Counted from the stretch's first letter, positions 1-13,529 are shown. The stretch: DNA of 64,000 nt from Octopus vulgaris (GCA_951406725.2 OX597814.1:27714001-27778000); one strand, 5' to 3'. Numbers and translations are program-made. The notes: a model not told the origin generated them from the sequence alone.

Positions 1-320
1 CAAATTCCGCTGGGGTCGACTTTGCCTTCCATCCTTTCGGGGTCGATTAAATAAGTACCAGTTACGCACTGGGGCCGATATAATCGACTTAATCCGTTTG
101 TCTGTCCTTGTTTGTTCTCTCTGTGTTTAGCCCCTTGTGGGTAGTAAAGAAATAGGCATTTCGTCTGACTTTATGTTCTGAGTTCAAATTCTGCCGAGGT
201 CGATTTTATCTTTAATCCTTTCGGGGTCGATAAATTAAGTAGCAGTTGCGTACTGGGGTCGATATAATCGATTGGCCCCCTCACCCAAAATTTCGGGTCT
301 TGTGCCTAGAGCAGAAGAGA
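1..320 (+). mobile_element. SINE-A dimer (tRNA-derived, Meta-domain-like core), cut by window start
   Basis: Two units with B-box-like GAGTTCAAATTC and core GTCGACTTTGCCTTTCATCCTTTCGGGGTCGATAAATTAAGTACCAG. Unit 1 ends in tail-a (TTAGCCCCTTGTGGGTAGTAAAGAAATAG) and unit 2 in tail-b (CTTGTGCCTAGAG). Confidence 0.85.
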
Positions 321-408
321 ATTTTGGCCATGGGTTACTCACATTCGCTATAAACTCGCTAGAAAATCTGGGTAAATATACCTAAGTGATACAAGTATTC
401 TTTATCTT

Positions 409-858
409 CTATATTTTGCTTCTTTTAGTCATTGGCTTGCGACCATGCTGGGGCACCGCCTTGAAGGGTTTTAGTCGAACAAATCAGCCCCAATATTTAC
501 ACTTCCTTTTTCAAAGTCTGGTACTTATTATATTGTTGTAGTTTGTCGAAGCGCTTGTTTACAAGGACGTAAACAAAAAAAGATCGGTTGTCGAGCGGTT
601 TGAGATGGGGGACAAACGCAGACACGCAGACACCTACGCGCGTGCACACAGACACACACACACATACATTTCCTCTCTCATACACATATGTGTACACGAC
701 AGGTGTCCACACAGTTTCCGTCTACCAAATTCACTTACAAGAGATTGGTCGACTTATGGCTATTGAAGATGACACTTGTCCAAGGTGCCGCGCAGTGAGA
801 CTGAACCTGAAACCGCACAGATGCATAGCGATCAGCTTTACCACGCAGTCATGCCTGT
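409..858 (-). mobile_element. SINE-B, diverged copy
   Basis: Diverged match to the young copy at 39617-40035, including the GGCGGTGCCCCAGCATGG tail and internal (CA)n. Confidence 0.75.
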
Positions 859-880
859 AGTATTATAATCACAAATTAAT

Positions 881-1197
881 GAAGGTGCGTGGCTTAGTGG
901 TAAGGGTGTTCGACTTACGGTCGTAAGGTCGTGAATTCAATTCCTGGCGGCGCATTGTGTCTCTTGAGCAAGACACTTTATTTTGCATTGTTCCAGACAA
1001 CCTAGCTGGCAAAAATGAGAAGTATCCGATTTCAAATTGTCGGCTTCATCACATCCTGTGCCACGTCCAATCTCCCTGAAAACTACGTTAAGGGTACTCG
1101 TGTCTGTGGAGTGCTCAGCCACTTGTACGTTGATTTCATGAGCCGGTTGTTCTGTTGATCGAGTCCACTGGAATCATCGTCGTAACCGACGGAATGC
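881..1197 (+). mobile_element. SINE-C, head-2 + tail-1, diverged
   Basis: A box TGGCTTAGTGG, CORE-like CTTGAGCAAGACACTT, and the tail AACTACGTTAAGGGTAC...CGTAACCGACGGA. Confidence 0.8.
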
Positions 1198-1701
1198 TAG
1201 TTTATATTCATATATTGCAGTTCACATTTTACAATTCAGAGGTCAGTTAATTTTTCAAGGTTTTTCTTTTCTTTTCTTTTTTTCCCTTTATTTTCTTTCT
1301 TTGTATTTCACATAACCAATGTCCAATAAAGATAATATTAAATCAATAACAATCAAGTTTAATTCATGTTATAGAAGCTTTCCCGCTTCTATTTCGGCAG
1401 AATCGTTAGCAAACCAGACAGAATGCCTAGCAGCATTTCTTCCAACTCATTACATTGTGAGTTCGAATTCCGTAGAAGTCGTCTTTGCTTTTTTTTTTAT
1501 TACCTTTCGAGGCGGATAAAATAAGTAGCAATGAAGTACTGCGGTCAAAGTAATCAACTTGCTTCCACCTCTTAAAATTACTGGCCTTGTGCCAAAATTA
1601 CAAAGGATTTACTGCTAAAAACGGTGAGCATATTTTAAGTCAATTTCTGGACTGCTTTGAATCCCATTTTGCACGGATGTACCCTCCTAGCCATCAGATG
1701 T

Positions 1702-1966
1702 TTAAAAAAATATAATAAATGCGCCCTTTTAAAGCCTAGCTAGGCTCATGGGTCCGGTTTCCCGGTTTCTATGGTGTATGTGTTCCCCAGCTGGACGGGA
1801 CGCCAGTCGATCGCAGCGTTACTCATTTTCGCCAGCTGAGTGGACTGGAGCAACGTAAAATGAAGTGCTTTGCTCAAGAACACAACGCGTCGCCCGGTCC
1901 AGGAATCGAAACCACAATCTTACGATCATGGTGTTGACACCATAACCACTAAGCCACGAGTCTCCA
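1702..1966 (-). mobile_element. SINE-C, head-2 + V-domain-like tail
   Basis: Minus strand: TGGCTTAGTGG...GTTTCGATTCC, then CTGCGATCGACTGGCGTCCCGTCCAG. TSD CCATC(A/T)GATGT at 1691 and 1967. Confidence 0.8.
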
Positions 1967-2106
1967 CCATCTGATGTCAAAAGATTCTATATTTTTATAA
2001 TCAAATATCATTAGGAATTGCATATACAAACTATTAAAATATTTTGTGTATCGTGGAAGTATAACCAGTTTTTTTGCTGATAAATTTTTAGCAACAATAT
2101 CTTATG

Positions 2107-2332
2107 GGTACCTTTTGGTTATCTCACCCCCATTAAAAAATTGGCTTATCTCCCCTCTAAAATATTGAGTTTATGTGGCGACAAGAGATTGAATTAAAAG
2201 GGTTAGATCCTTTTGATTCTATACTTCAACACATTGTTGACCTTTGACCTCTTCAATAGGCATAATATGATTTGTTGGCCAACCAAAGCCTTGTGAGTGG
2301 ATTTGGTAGACGGAAACTGAAAGAAGCCCGTC

Positions 2333-2397
<65 letters not shown>

Positions 2398-2787
2398 ATG
2401 TGTGTGTATATATGTTTGTGTGTCTGTGTTTGTCCCCTCTAACATCGCTTGACAACCGATGCTGGTTTTTACGTCCCCGTAACTTAGCGGTTCGGCAAAA
2501 GAGACCGATAGAATAAGTATTAGGCTTACAAAGAATAAGTCCCGGGGTCGATGCGCTCGACTAAAGGTGGTGCTCCAGCATGGCCACAGTCAAATGACTG
2601 AAACAAGTAAAAGAGTAAGATAGAGTAAAAAATAGAGATTCAATAAGATGTTTAATCTTTTCGCTTTTCATGTTTATTAAATTTTTTCATCTTTTTTTTT
2701 TGTTTTATTGGGAGTTAAACAATTTTTTTTTTATTTGGGGGAGATAACCTAACTTTTTTAATGGGGTTGAGATAACCAAAAAGTACC
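2107..2787. mobile_element. Merlin-like MITE with nested SINE-B
   Basis: About 50-bp imperfect TIRs GGTACCTTTTGGTTATCTCACCCCC... / ...GGGGTTGAGATAACCAAAAAGTACC. Exact 8-bp TSD ATCTTATG at 2099-2106 and 2788-2795. Confidence 0.75.
2277..2620 (+). mobile_element. SINE-B, 5'-truncated, inside the MITE
   Basis: CCAAAGCCTTGTGAGTGGATTTGGTAGACGG, (TA)n, then the tail CTGAAACAAGTAAAAGAGT. Confidence 0.9.
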
Positions 2788-2799
2788 ATCTTATGTAGT

Positions 2800-2840
2800 A
2801 GACCCCTAAGGGCCATATGGACCCCGGTTGAGAACAACTG
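2800..2840. mobile_element. hAT/Charlie-like terminal fragment
   Basis: GGACCCCGGTTGAGAACAACTG resembles the reverse complement of a CAGTGGTTCTCAA-type hAT end. No partner end was found. Confidence 0.4.
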
Positions 2841-3121
2841 CTTTAAGTAAAGTCAAAGCATATCAAATTTGAAATCATTTGTATCTGTGATATCAATTTC
2901 GAAATTATTAAAATCTTATACAATAGTAATGAGATGTCTTTACAAATAACGGAAATTTATTCTCCCCTATCGATGAGTTAAATACCGTAGTAGTTGTGCA
3001 CTTTTAAAAATAATACATTAATACATTAAACTTTGCACATGTGGAGTCAGCTTTATGTATTTTAGTATATTATAAGCTCATTGCATAAACCATAAAACTA
3101 TATTAGAGAAAAAATGAAATA

Positions 3122-3123
3122 AA

Positions 3124-3179
<56 letters not shown>

Positions 3180-3240
3180 TAATAATAATAATAATAATAA
3201 CAACAACAACAACAATAACAATAACAATAATAACAATAAC

Positions 3241-3287
<47 letters not shown>

Positions 3288-3406
3288 TGATGATGATGAT
3301 GATGATGATAATAATAATAACAACAATAACAATAACAATAACAATAATAACAATAACAATAACAATAATAATAATAATAATGATAATAATGATGATGATG
3401 ATGATG

Positions 3407-3440
<34 letters not shown>

Positions 3441-3513
3441 TGATAACAACAACAACAATAACAATAACAATAATAATAACAATAACAATAATAATAATAA
3501 TAATAACAATAAC

Positions 3514-3582
<69 letters not shown>

Positions 3583-3592
3583 AATAAATAAA
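3122..3592. repeat. Compound (AAT)/(AAC)/(GAT) microsatellite
   Basis: Directly visible; source of the poly-L/I/Y ORFs. Confidence 0.98.
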
Positions 3593-3851
3593 TAGATACA
3601 TAAATAAAACGTCACCACCAACCGCCGCAACGACAACCACCAGCAACACGTCCTCATTATCATCACTAACGTCGCCGACGCTACTGCCACTGTCACCACA
3701 ACAAACGAACGGCAACAACGTTAACCACTCTCACCACCACCACTACTGCTATGACCTTCCCTACCTAACAACAACAAACGAACAAACCACCGTCACCACC
3801 TGTACAACCCACTACAATAAACAAACTTCACCTTCGCCGCCGTCGTCGTCG

Positions 3852-3909
<58 letters not shown>

Positions 3910-4003
3910 CACCACCACCACAACCACCACCGCTATCTCCACCACCATCGTTACCTCCGCCACCGTCTTCACTTCTAGTAACGCCTAAGTCATGGACAAT
4001 ACC

Positions 4004-4604
4004 TATTTCTTTTACTACCCACAAGGGGCTAAACACAGAGGGGACAAACAAGGACAGACAAAGGGATTAAGTCGATTACATCGACCCCAGTGCGTAACTG
4101 GTACTTTATTTATCGACCCCGAAAGGATGAAAGGCAAAGTCGACCTCGGCGGAATTTGAACTCACAACGTAACGGCACACGAAATACCTATTTCTTTATT
4201 ACCCACAAGGGGCTAAACACAGAGGGGACAAACAAGGATAGACAAAGGGATTAAGTCGATTACATCGACCCCAGTGCATAACTGGTACTTTATTTATCGA
4301 CCCCGAAAGGAAGAAAGGCAAAGTCGACCTCGGCGGAATTTGAACTCACAACGTAGCGGCAGACGAAATACCTATTTCTTTTACTACCCACAAGGGGCTA
4401 AACACAGAGGGGGGACAAACAAGGACAGACAAAGGGATTAAGTCGATTACATCGACCCCAGTGCGTAACTGGTACTTTATTTATCGACCCCGAAAGGGAT
4501 GAAAGGCAAAGTCGACCTCGGCGGAATTTGAACTCAGAACGTAGCGGCAGACGAAATACCGCTAAGTATCTCGCCCGGCGTGCTAACGATTCTACCAGCT
4601 CGCC
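4004..4604 (-). mobile_element. SINE-A trimer (one head + three ~185-bp body/tail units)
   Basis: Three near-identical units, flanked by the 15-bp TSD GTCATGGACAATACC at 3989-4003 and 4605-4619. Confidence 0.92.
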
Positions 4605-4829
4605 GTCATGGACAATACCACCAACATCATTTTCTATTTTCTCATATATTCACCCTTTTCCCTTTCTGATATATGTTCTCTCTCTTTCTTTCATTCTCTC
4701 TCTCTCTCTCTCTATCTCTCTCTCACTCTCTCTCTCTCTCTCTCTCTCTCTCGCTCTATCGTATATTGTTGTTGTCATTCCTCATCTAGCCGTATCCACA
4801 CCACATCAACACCTCCTTCATGACCACCA

Positions 4830-5667
4830 GGAGGCGCAATGGCCCAGTGGTTAGGGCAGCGGACTCGCGGTCGTAGGATCGCGGTTTCGATTCCCAGACC
4901 GGGCATTGTGAGTGTTTATTGAGCGAAAACACCTAAAGCTTCTAAGGCTCCGGCAGGGGGTGGTGGTGAACCCTGCTGTACTCTTTCACCACAACTTTCT
5001 CTCACTCTTTCTTCCTGTTTCTGTTGTACCTGTATTTCAAAGGGCCAGCCTTGTCACACTCTGTGTCACGCTGAATCTCCTCGAGAACTACGTTAAGAGT
5101 ACACGTGTCTGTGGAATGCTCAGCCACTTGCACGTTAATTCCACGAGCAAGCTGTTCCGTTGATCGTATCAGCTGGGACCCCTCATCGTCGTAACCGAGG
5201 CGCAGGAGTGGCTTTGTGTTAAGTAGCTTGTTTACTAACCACATGGTTCCGGGTTCAGTCCCACTGCGTGGCACCTTGGGTAAGTGTCTTCTACTATAGC
5301 CTCAGGCCGACCAAAGCCTTGTGAGTGGAATTGGTAGACGGAAACTGAAAGAAGCCTGTCGTATATATGTATATATATATATATGTGTGTGTATGTGTTT
5401 GTGTGTCTGTGTTTGTCCCCCTAGCATTGCTTGACAAACGATGCTGGTGTGTTTATGTCCCCGTTACTTAGCGGTTCGGCAAAAGAGACCGATAAAATAA
5501 GTACTGGGCTTACAAAAGAATAAGTCGTGTTGCTCGACTAAGTACTGGGCTTACAAAAGAATAAGTCGTGTTGCTCGATTAAAGGCGGTGCTCCAGCATG
5601 GCCACAGTCAAATGACTGAAACAAGTAAAAGAGAAAAAGAGAAAGAGACGGAGTGCTCCTACTACTA
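4830..5667 (+). mobile_element. SINE-C, head-1 + tail-1, interrupted by SINE-B
   Basis: GGAGGCGCAATGGCCCAGTGG head. The 3' end GACGGAGTGCTCC resumes at 5648. TSD CATGACCACCAG at 4819 and 5668. Confidence 0.9.
5199..5647 (+). mobile_element. SINE-B, full length, nested in SINE-C
   Basis: GGCGCAGGAGTGGCT head and B box GGTTCAGTCCC; internal ~41-bp tandem duplication at about 5499-5581. Confidence 0.9.
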
Positions 5668-6047
5668 CATGACCACCAGCAGTCTCTTATTGTTGGAGTT
5701 ACTTCCCTTCCTTTCGACTATTTACTTCTGCTTGTTACAGCGCTCGTATAGCCTTGAAAGAAACGAGAATCAAAGAGGTAATTAAAAATTTTAACACATA
5801 CACAAATCCGAGCATTACTTTTAATTAACTTTAACAAGGAAAGAAGATAGGAGGACATAATAAGAAGTTTTATATAAAGAATCACCTACGCTTTCGATTT
5901 CCATTATGGAACGAAATCGAAGACATAATCAAGATTTTTAACATGAAACAATGTTATGAAAATTCATAAATTTATGCATCAAAATAGAAAATAACAACGT
6001 TAATGAAATGTGGAATTTTCAAGGGGTCCCGTTCATAATAATAGTGA

Positions 6048-6252
6048 TAATCCTTTCTACAATGGGCTCAAAGCCTAAAATTTTGGGGGTAGGAGTCTAG
6101 ACGATTAGATCGACCCCAGTGCTTAACTGGTAATTATTTCACTGACCCCGAAAGGACGAAAGACGAAGTAGACCTCGGTAGAATTTGAACTCGGAACGTA
6201 AATAACCCATAAGAAATGGTAGTTTATCTGGCATAGTAACAATTCTGCTGCC
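6048..6252 (-). mobile_element. SINE-A (tail-b), diverged
   Basis: GACCCCGAAAGGACGAAAGACGAAGTAGACCTCGG...GAATTTGAACTC. Confidence 0.7.
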
Positions 6253-6330
<78 letters not shown>

Positions 6331-6332
6331 GA

Positions 6333-6633
6333 TCCATGAATAAGGGTTCTTTAAGGATGTTGAATGAAACACCCATGTTTCCAGAGATAAATTATTCAAA
6401 CCTCAAAGAATTCCTCTCAACACATGGCTATGATGCTCCCCCACAATTTCTGCTTGTGTTCAGAGATGTACATATCATCAGCCACTAAGGGAATGCTCAT
6501 TTGGTTAAGATCAAACAACTAACAAGCAAATTTGTGGTATTGAGCAGAATATTTGTTGTAGCCCATCTTTTATACCAAGACAAAACAATGTACATGATAA
6601 CAGATCAGAAGCCATGAGAGTCACCGTCTGGGC
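6333..6633 (-). repeat. Unclassified repeat, inverted partial copy of 6793-7340
   Basis: Reverse complement of about 6797-7110, e.g. TGTAGCCCATCTTTTATACCAAGACAAAACAATGTACATGATAACA. Confidence 0.85.
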
Positions 6634-6792
<159 letters not shown>

Positions 6793-7339
6793 TGCAGTAC
6801 CAGGCAGTGGCTCTCATGGCTTCTGATCTTAACTGATTGGAAGTGTTATCATGTACATTGTTTTGTCTTGGTGTAAAAGATGGGCTACAGCAAATATTCT
6901 GCTCAATACCACAGATTTGCTTGTCAGTTGTTTGAACTTAACCTGTTGACCATGTCTCTTAGTGGCTGACGATACGTGCATCTCTGATCACGAGCAGAAG
7001 TAGTAAGGGAGCATCATAGACGTGTGTTGAAAGAAATTCTTAGAGGTTTGGATAATTCACCTTTGGAAACATGGGTGGTTCGTTCAACATCCTTAAACAA
7101 TCCTTATTCAGGCACCTTTTGAGCGGGATGGGTTACGCGACCAGAAGAAAATTCTAACTGGGCCCCACCTGCAAGGTCATGCGCTGTTTATCTTGATATG
7201 AGATAACCATGTCGCGCACATATGGTTGTGATACATGTGCCTGGTGTATCCTTATCAGGTGGGTAGTCATGATGGGCATACTGGGCTTCGTATATTTTAC
7301 CCCAGTGTCACTTTGAAGGCATGCACTGCTCTCACACTC

Positions 7340-7340
<1 letters not shown>
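6793..7340 (+). repeat. Unclassified ~550-bp element embedded in (GAT)n/(AAT)n
   Basis: Sharp boundaries with microsatellites on both sides; a homologous inverted copy lies upstream. Confidence 0.65.
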
Positions 7341-7408
<68 letters not shown>

Positions 7409-7679
7409 TTCAAAAGTTGGCACAAGACCAGTAAATTTGGGGTAGTGATAAGTCGATTACATTGACCCTAGTGTTTGACTGGTACTTATTTCCTCGACCC
7501 CGAAAGGATGAAAGACAAAATCGACCTCGACGGAATTTGAACTCGGAACGTATATAGCCAGAAGAAAATGCCGCTAAGTATTTTCTCAGGTGTATTAACG
7601 GTCCTGCCACCTTGTCGCTTTTCATATTTGGCGTTTGTTGCTCTTCTATTATATTTGGTGTTTGTTGAAATAACTCGAC

Positions 7680-7736
<57 letters not shown>

Positions 7737-7738
<2 letters not shown>

Positions 7739-7925
7739 AATTATTGTATACAGTGCTCAGGTGCACCACAACTTGTCAGAAAGTGCATATAAAGTACATG
7801 CAGTAATGTAAAAATGTCTGGAAAGCGAACAATGTATGAGTCAGATACATGCTTGTGTGTGTATGGAGGGGAGAAAATCAGGTGTAGTGTTGGCAAATCT
7901 CAGAAAGCATGGAAGTTTTGAAGGA
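7737..7925 (-). mobile_element. Possible LINE (L2-like) 3' end with (TTA)n tail
   Basis: Minus strand ends TTGTGGTGCACCTGAGCACTGTATACAATAATTTC(ATT)n. Resemblance to L2 tails judged by eye only. Confidence 0.35.
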
Positions 7926-8082
7926 CTATGACCGAGCAGACTTATGATCGAAGGCACTACTCCAGCTGGTTTTATTATTATAGTTTTCTTTACGTTCTGA
8001 GTTCAAATTCCGACGAGGATGACTTTGCCTTTCGTCCTTCTCTGCTCTAAATTTCAGGCCTTGTGCCTATAGTTTTTTTTTT

Positions 8083-8461
8083 ACTGCGCCCATGCTGGAT
8101 CACCGCCTTTAGTCGAGCAAATCGACCCCAGGGTTTATTCTGTGTAAGCCTAGTACTTATTCTATCGGTCTCTTTTGCCGAACCGCTAAGTGACGGGGAC
8201 GTAAACACACCAGTATCGGTTGTCAAGCGATGTTGGGGAGGACAAACACGATCACACAAACATATACACACAAACACACATATATATATATAAATATACG
8301 ACGGGCTTCTTCCAGTTTCCGTCAACCAAATCCACTCACAAGGCTTTGGTCAGCCCGAGGCTTTAGTAGAAGACACTTGCCCAAGGTGCCACGCAGTGGG
8401 TCTGAACCCGGAACCGTGTGGTTGGTAAACTAGCTACTTACCATACAGTCACTCCTGCGCC
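8083..8461 (-). mobile_element. SINE-B
   Basis: Near full-length match to the other B copies, ending ACTCCTGCGCC. Confidence 0.9.
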
Positions 8462-9609
8462 CTAATAGTAGAAAGTATTTTTATTGTTTTCTTTAGAACA
8501 GTGTACCCCCGACTACACAGTTCATTGCATCCATTTTAAAGACAGTGATTTGAGGGAGATCTGGCTGATATTTCTAACAGGCCAATTGACCGCCTAGAAG
8601 CTTCTTCGTCTGTCTCGTTTTGGTATGTGTTATTTGGCGATTGGTTAATGCAGCGTGATGTGTAAGATTGTATTGAAACGGTATATAGAATGATATGCTG
8701 AATGATAATGCATATTGCGTGTAGAGTGGCATTCCTTTATTCCTTTATTTGTAAATGTCCAAAGGCTGTGGTCATACTGAAGCAACGCTATTAAACTGTT
8801 TTCTCATCGCCTGCTCCAATTGAAATCCAGACCTCCTGTAAATTGTTCTGTTGGGTAAACCACAAAACAAGTTGTCATTTGGTGCGTGGAGTGTTTATAC
8901 TTAATGTGGCCTGAGTGATAAAACTGTGTATGTAGAGCGTTGTGTTGTAAGACGAAAGATGGTTTGTGTGTAGTGTTATGTGGAGAGCTGTATTGAAAGA
9001 TAAAATATAGTGTTGTGGTGAGTATTATAGCAAGTGTTACATTGAAGATGTTATATGAGGTGTAGAGAATTATACGAAGCGTTGTGCGTAACATTATTTG
9101 AAGGAGAGAAAATTCTGGAAATGTATTATAGTTAAGTGATATATATAGGAGTGAATATCACCAGCTGGTATATTACAGTTGGATTTCCTTTCCACCGATG
9201 AAAACAAATAAAAAAAAAACAACAAAAAACAAAAAGAACCAATCAATTAAGTAATCAATATCTATTTACTTTACGCAAGTGTGATAAATAGAGCCAATTG
9301 CTTGACTATCCCAAATCAGATACATCCATCAGCAATGATTAGGATTATCAATGCAGTATGTGCATACGTGTGCGTGCGCGCGTGTGTATGTGCGCGTGTG
9401 TGTGGGAATATGCGTTATATACCGTGACAATACCTAATCTATTGGTGACTTTCTCTTTTATAGTTACACATCGTTGGCTTCTTACTTGAGAACAGCTAGA
9501 ACAGTGTTATGTAACTCAGTGGTTTGTCGATTAATGATAGTCTCTTTACTATCAGTAATTGCTTTGTGGTCGCAGTTAAGTGATTTACATTTGTCCAAAC
9601 ATCGCTGCC

Positions 9610-9800
9610 GTGCCAGGTCAGCCCTAATCGGAGATCCATGGTTCAAGGCACTCCAGCCATGACTGTACCGTCTTTTTCCTGATATAAAACTAAAAAAAAG
9701 CTCCATTTTTTTTTTATTAAATGGCAGGCTGTAATTTGAGGGTAACTCAACTGCCATTTCTAACGGATTGAGGGATCACATAAAGGCACCTTCATTGGCC
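9610..9800 (+). repeat. Old dispersed repeat (family D), representative copy
   Basis: Motifs CAGGTCAGCCCT...CCAGCCATGAC...TAATTTGAGGG...GCTATTTCTA recur degenerately near 8530, 10240, 17440, 18530, 19100, 30550, 33090, 62760 and (minus) 11030, 55460. Confidence 0.6.
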
Positions 9801-9826
9801 GATGACCAGAACTTGTTGTTGCTGTT

Positions 9827-10220
9827 TGTTTGTTTGTTTGTTGAGGGATGCGGTCTTCGTCCCAGAGCTCGCAAGATCGCGCCTCATGATTGTCTGTAGT
9901 GGGAGAAGTCCGAAACGTGGTCCTTTGCTATTCGTAAGACCCACAGAAGAGAAAGCAGGTCAACCCCCGTCACCGAGAGCATCGACGGATGGATGAATGC
10001 GCATCCAGGCTCAGCAGTTGCGTAGGAAGTCGGGGACAATAAACAGGAAGAAAGAATGAGAGAAAGTTGGAGCGAAAGAGTACAACAGGGGTCGCCACCA
10101 CCTTCCTGCCGGAGCCTCGTGGAGCTTTAGGTGTTTTCGCTCAATAAACACACACAACGCCCGGTCTGGGAATCGAATCCGCGAGTCCGCTGCCCTAACC
10201 ACTCAGCCATTGCGCCTCCA
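9827..10220 (-). mobile_element. SINE-C, head-1 + tail-2 ((CAAA)n end)
   Basis: Same head as 16769 but an unrelated 3' half. TSD TGTTGTTGCTGTT at about 9814 and 10222. Confidence 0.85.
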
Positions 10221-13059
10221 CTGTTGTTGCTGTTCAGCCTTAACTCGGCCCTGACTAAGAATATCCCTGACAGAAAAGTTTCACGCCATGACCATCTCGC
10301 CTTTTCTCAGGTATACAGTACTCTTATCGGACGATGATATAGAAGTTCTTTCATTGGCTCGTTTATCCAAACCTGTGAGCAAATATAACGAGCAAGAACT
10401 CATTATTAGCTGTAACTTGAGCTATACCCAGTGAATTCTGGCACGTTAGATGCTGACTGGGTATTAGATATTCTAGTTGAATAACAAATCTGGTCGTTTA
10501 AAAACAATGGATTTATTGTTTCACAATTACAGGTTCTTGGCACTTTCGAAATGGCTGTTGGTCTACTGTATTCCTGTACAGCAGGTACTTTTGGGCAGAC
10601 TTGTTCTTGACAATATTTTGTATGATCTATCATGTATAGATTATCCTACATTTTATTTGGAACAAATAAATCTTACCTTCAGATCTAATGCTGCTTATTA
10701 TAGATAGAAATATTTCAAATCGGAATGTTTTACTTGACCTTTGCCCATCTTAGTGTCAGTTTGCTGCTTGTTATAGACAGAGAGTTTCTAACCAGGAATG
10801 TTTTACATGAACCTCAATCTGAATAAAAGGTATACTTTCGGTAAAGATAAACTTCAGCATATTACTGGTACTCACTCTATGGCGATTTTTGAACTGAAAC
10901 TGGAAAAGGACGCGATCGAATATAGCAAACATTTTATCTGGTATTGTTTCGCATCTGCTTCTACTCCCAATCACTTTCTAATGACATAACATTAATGAGA
11001 GACAAAGCGGGCCCTTTTATGCAGTCAATCAAGTTAGAAACAACAACTAAATCTCATTCAACTTATGCCCTATCATCATAAAAAGGGAAGTACACATTGA
11101 ATAATGTAGTTCTAAATAGATACACTAAATCTGAAAAAAGTCTGGAATGATCATTAGAGGGAGTGCTTTTGATTAACGCTTTACTACTAAACCTCGTGCC
11201 TTCACTTGGGTGGGGTTACATGTACTTAATAATAACTTAATTCAGTTCCATACCACTCAGTTTCGTGGACATAGGACACGTCCACCATTTGTGATGCTCG
11301 GTTATAGAGTCTCTATCTCCGAACATCTGATGCCAGTTTTATCAAAATATCTGTCTACAAGAGGGATAGTTAGGCTTCTTAGCTGCATTGGAACGATCTG
11401 TTTGCTGTTCCCTACTACACTGTGGAGTTTACAAACGCCATTGGAATATTCTCTAAGAAAGAAAAACAAGCTGTGGCAGTTTCCAACAGACTGGATTTTC
11501 AGGAACCTCCTACAGCTGAGTGCTTGAACCAATGGCTTGGGTCATTCTTGCTGCTGGAACTTCTTCACAACAAAAACACTAATAATAGGACATGCACATA
11601 CCAATACCACTGTTAAACAACATCAAGACGTTAAGCAAGTATCTTCTAGACTATGGCCAATGGTTCTTGGGTCTCAGTGGTAGTCATTGTTAGTGTAGCA
11701 GTTGGATTTTCACGCGTGTCTGCAATGATGAAATACCACTTTTTCAGAGTTCCTTGTTCGAGGAGAATATAATAACGCTGGCATTGTGCAATAGCAGTAG
11801 TAATTCTCCGGTTCCATGCGCTGCTGTATCTTCTGTTGCTGTTCTTTAAAATGTACTGTCATCGACGAGTCTACAAATAGCAAGTGTGTGTATGTGTGGG
11901 GAGGTGTATGAACGAGTGTATATGTGTTTATGTATGAGTGAGAGAGAGGGAAAGACAGAAGGAGAGAGGGAGAGTTTATATCAATGTAGGTTAAAAGGAT
12001 TCAGAAGTCCCTTTAGCATTTAAACGATAAACAGATACTAAAGGGTTTCTGGAATATTACTTTATATATTGATGAGGGGGGTTCTGCACATCTGCCTAAC
12101 GACTTACATTGCTCAGATATTGGTCAACCCGAAGCTATCGGAGAAGACCTTTACCCAACGAGCCGTGACAAGGGATAGAACTTGGAACCAAGTGGTTGCG
12201 AAGCAAACCTCTTCATCATACAACCATGCCTGCATCCAAGTTCATCGCATTCATTATTACTATCTTCGCTGTGAAGGAGATAGCTTCAATGGCCAGCTTG
12301 ACCCAAGACAATTGGTTCATGCTCCCAACTGTAGGAAGCTACCAGAAATTCAATCTGCTGAAAAAAAACACATTAAAGTTTACTGCCACAGCTTTTGGCC
12401 TCCCTTGGTGCGTAATCCTGCTGCCTTTGTGTTCCTGTTCTGATTCACAAAGTAGCAATGATGTACGGTTAGGTCATTCCAACGCGGCTCTTGCAGATAG
12501 ACGTTTTGATAGTACTTTCTACTATAAGCACAAGTCAGGAACTTTTCAGCTCTCCCCTCGTATATGTCGTAGCTTTCTTTCTATACATCCAGCATATCCT
12601 GTCCAACATAAAAAAATTTAAAAAAATTGACGGTAAGCTTTTCGAACGTGCGTCTTCTTAGCAAGCATTAACCTAAGCTTTGTTCAGGCAAAACCACTGA
12701 CTTTAAGAGAATTACAAAATTACTCTGCGCAAACATCTCACGCGTATATGCATGTATAGCCAAGCTGGACCGTATGAAAATAGCGGCTTTGCATTTCTTC
12801 ATAGGACGAACAAATAATAATATCCGCATGCGTTCTTTTATGTACGAATATACATATGTAGCTCAACCCCCTTCTCACACACACAGGCACTTGGGGATTA
12901 TATATCTTTAAAGTGTTTTTCTAATCGTATTCATGCATGCATCTGTTTCTTGCCGAAGATGCATATCTGTGTGCATGTGCTAGAAAGGCATGTCGTTACA
13001 CTTATGCAAGTTCTATATAAGAGAGTTTGCGCATGTGTATGGGGGTTTAAGTGCGGGTT

Positions 13060-13310
13060 TATGCGTGTGTTGCGTGTGTGCATATGTGTGTGCGTGCGTG
13101 TGTGCATATGTATCCATGTGTGTGTGTGTGTGTGTGTACGTGCGTGTGAGTGTGTGTGTGTGTGTGTTTTGCATGTGTGTGTGTGTTGTGTAAATGTGAT
13201 ATAAGATAGCGAATATGTATTACAACACAATGATATGGTGAAAGTGTGTGGGTTAATGTGTGAGTATGGAAGATAATAACGCAATGTATGTATGAAGACA
13301 TGCATACGTT

Positions 13311-13348
<38 letters not shown>

Positions 13349-13529
13349 TATATATGCATATATTGTGTTTGTATGCATTTATGCTTATATGTACGACTCT
13401 GTACAAATCTATCGATTTATGTATGTATGTAAGTATGTATGTATTCATATATGTATGCATGTGTGCATGCATGATTATATGTATGTACATACATGTCTGT
13501 CTGTATGTATGTATGTATGTATGTGCATA

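Noticed and set aside
4004-4604. Tandem ~185-bp units as a CRISPR array or hammerhead retrozyme
   Set aside because: There are no unique spacers or cas genes, and no CUGANGA/GAAA core was found on either strand. The units are SINE bodies.
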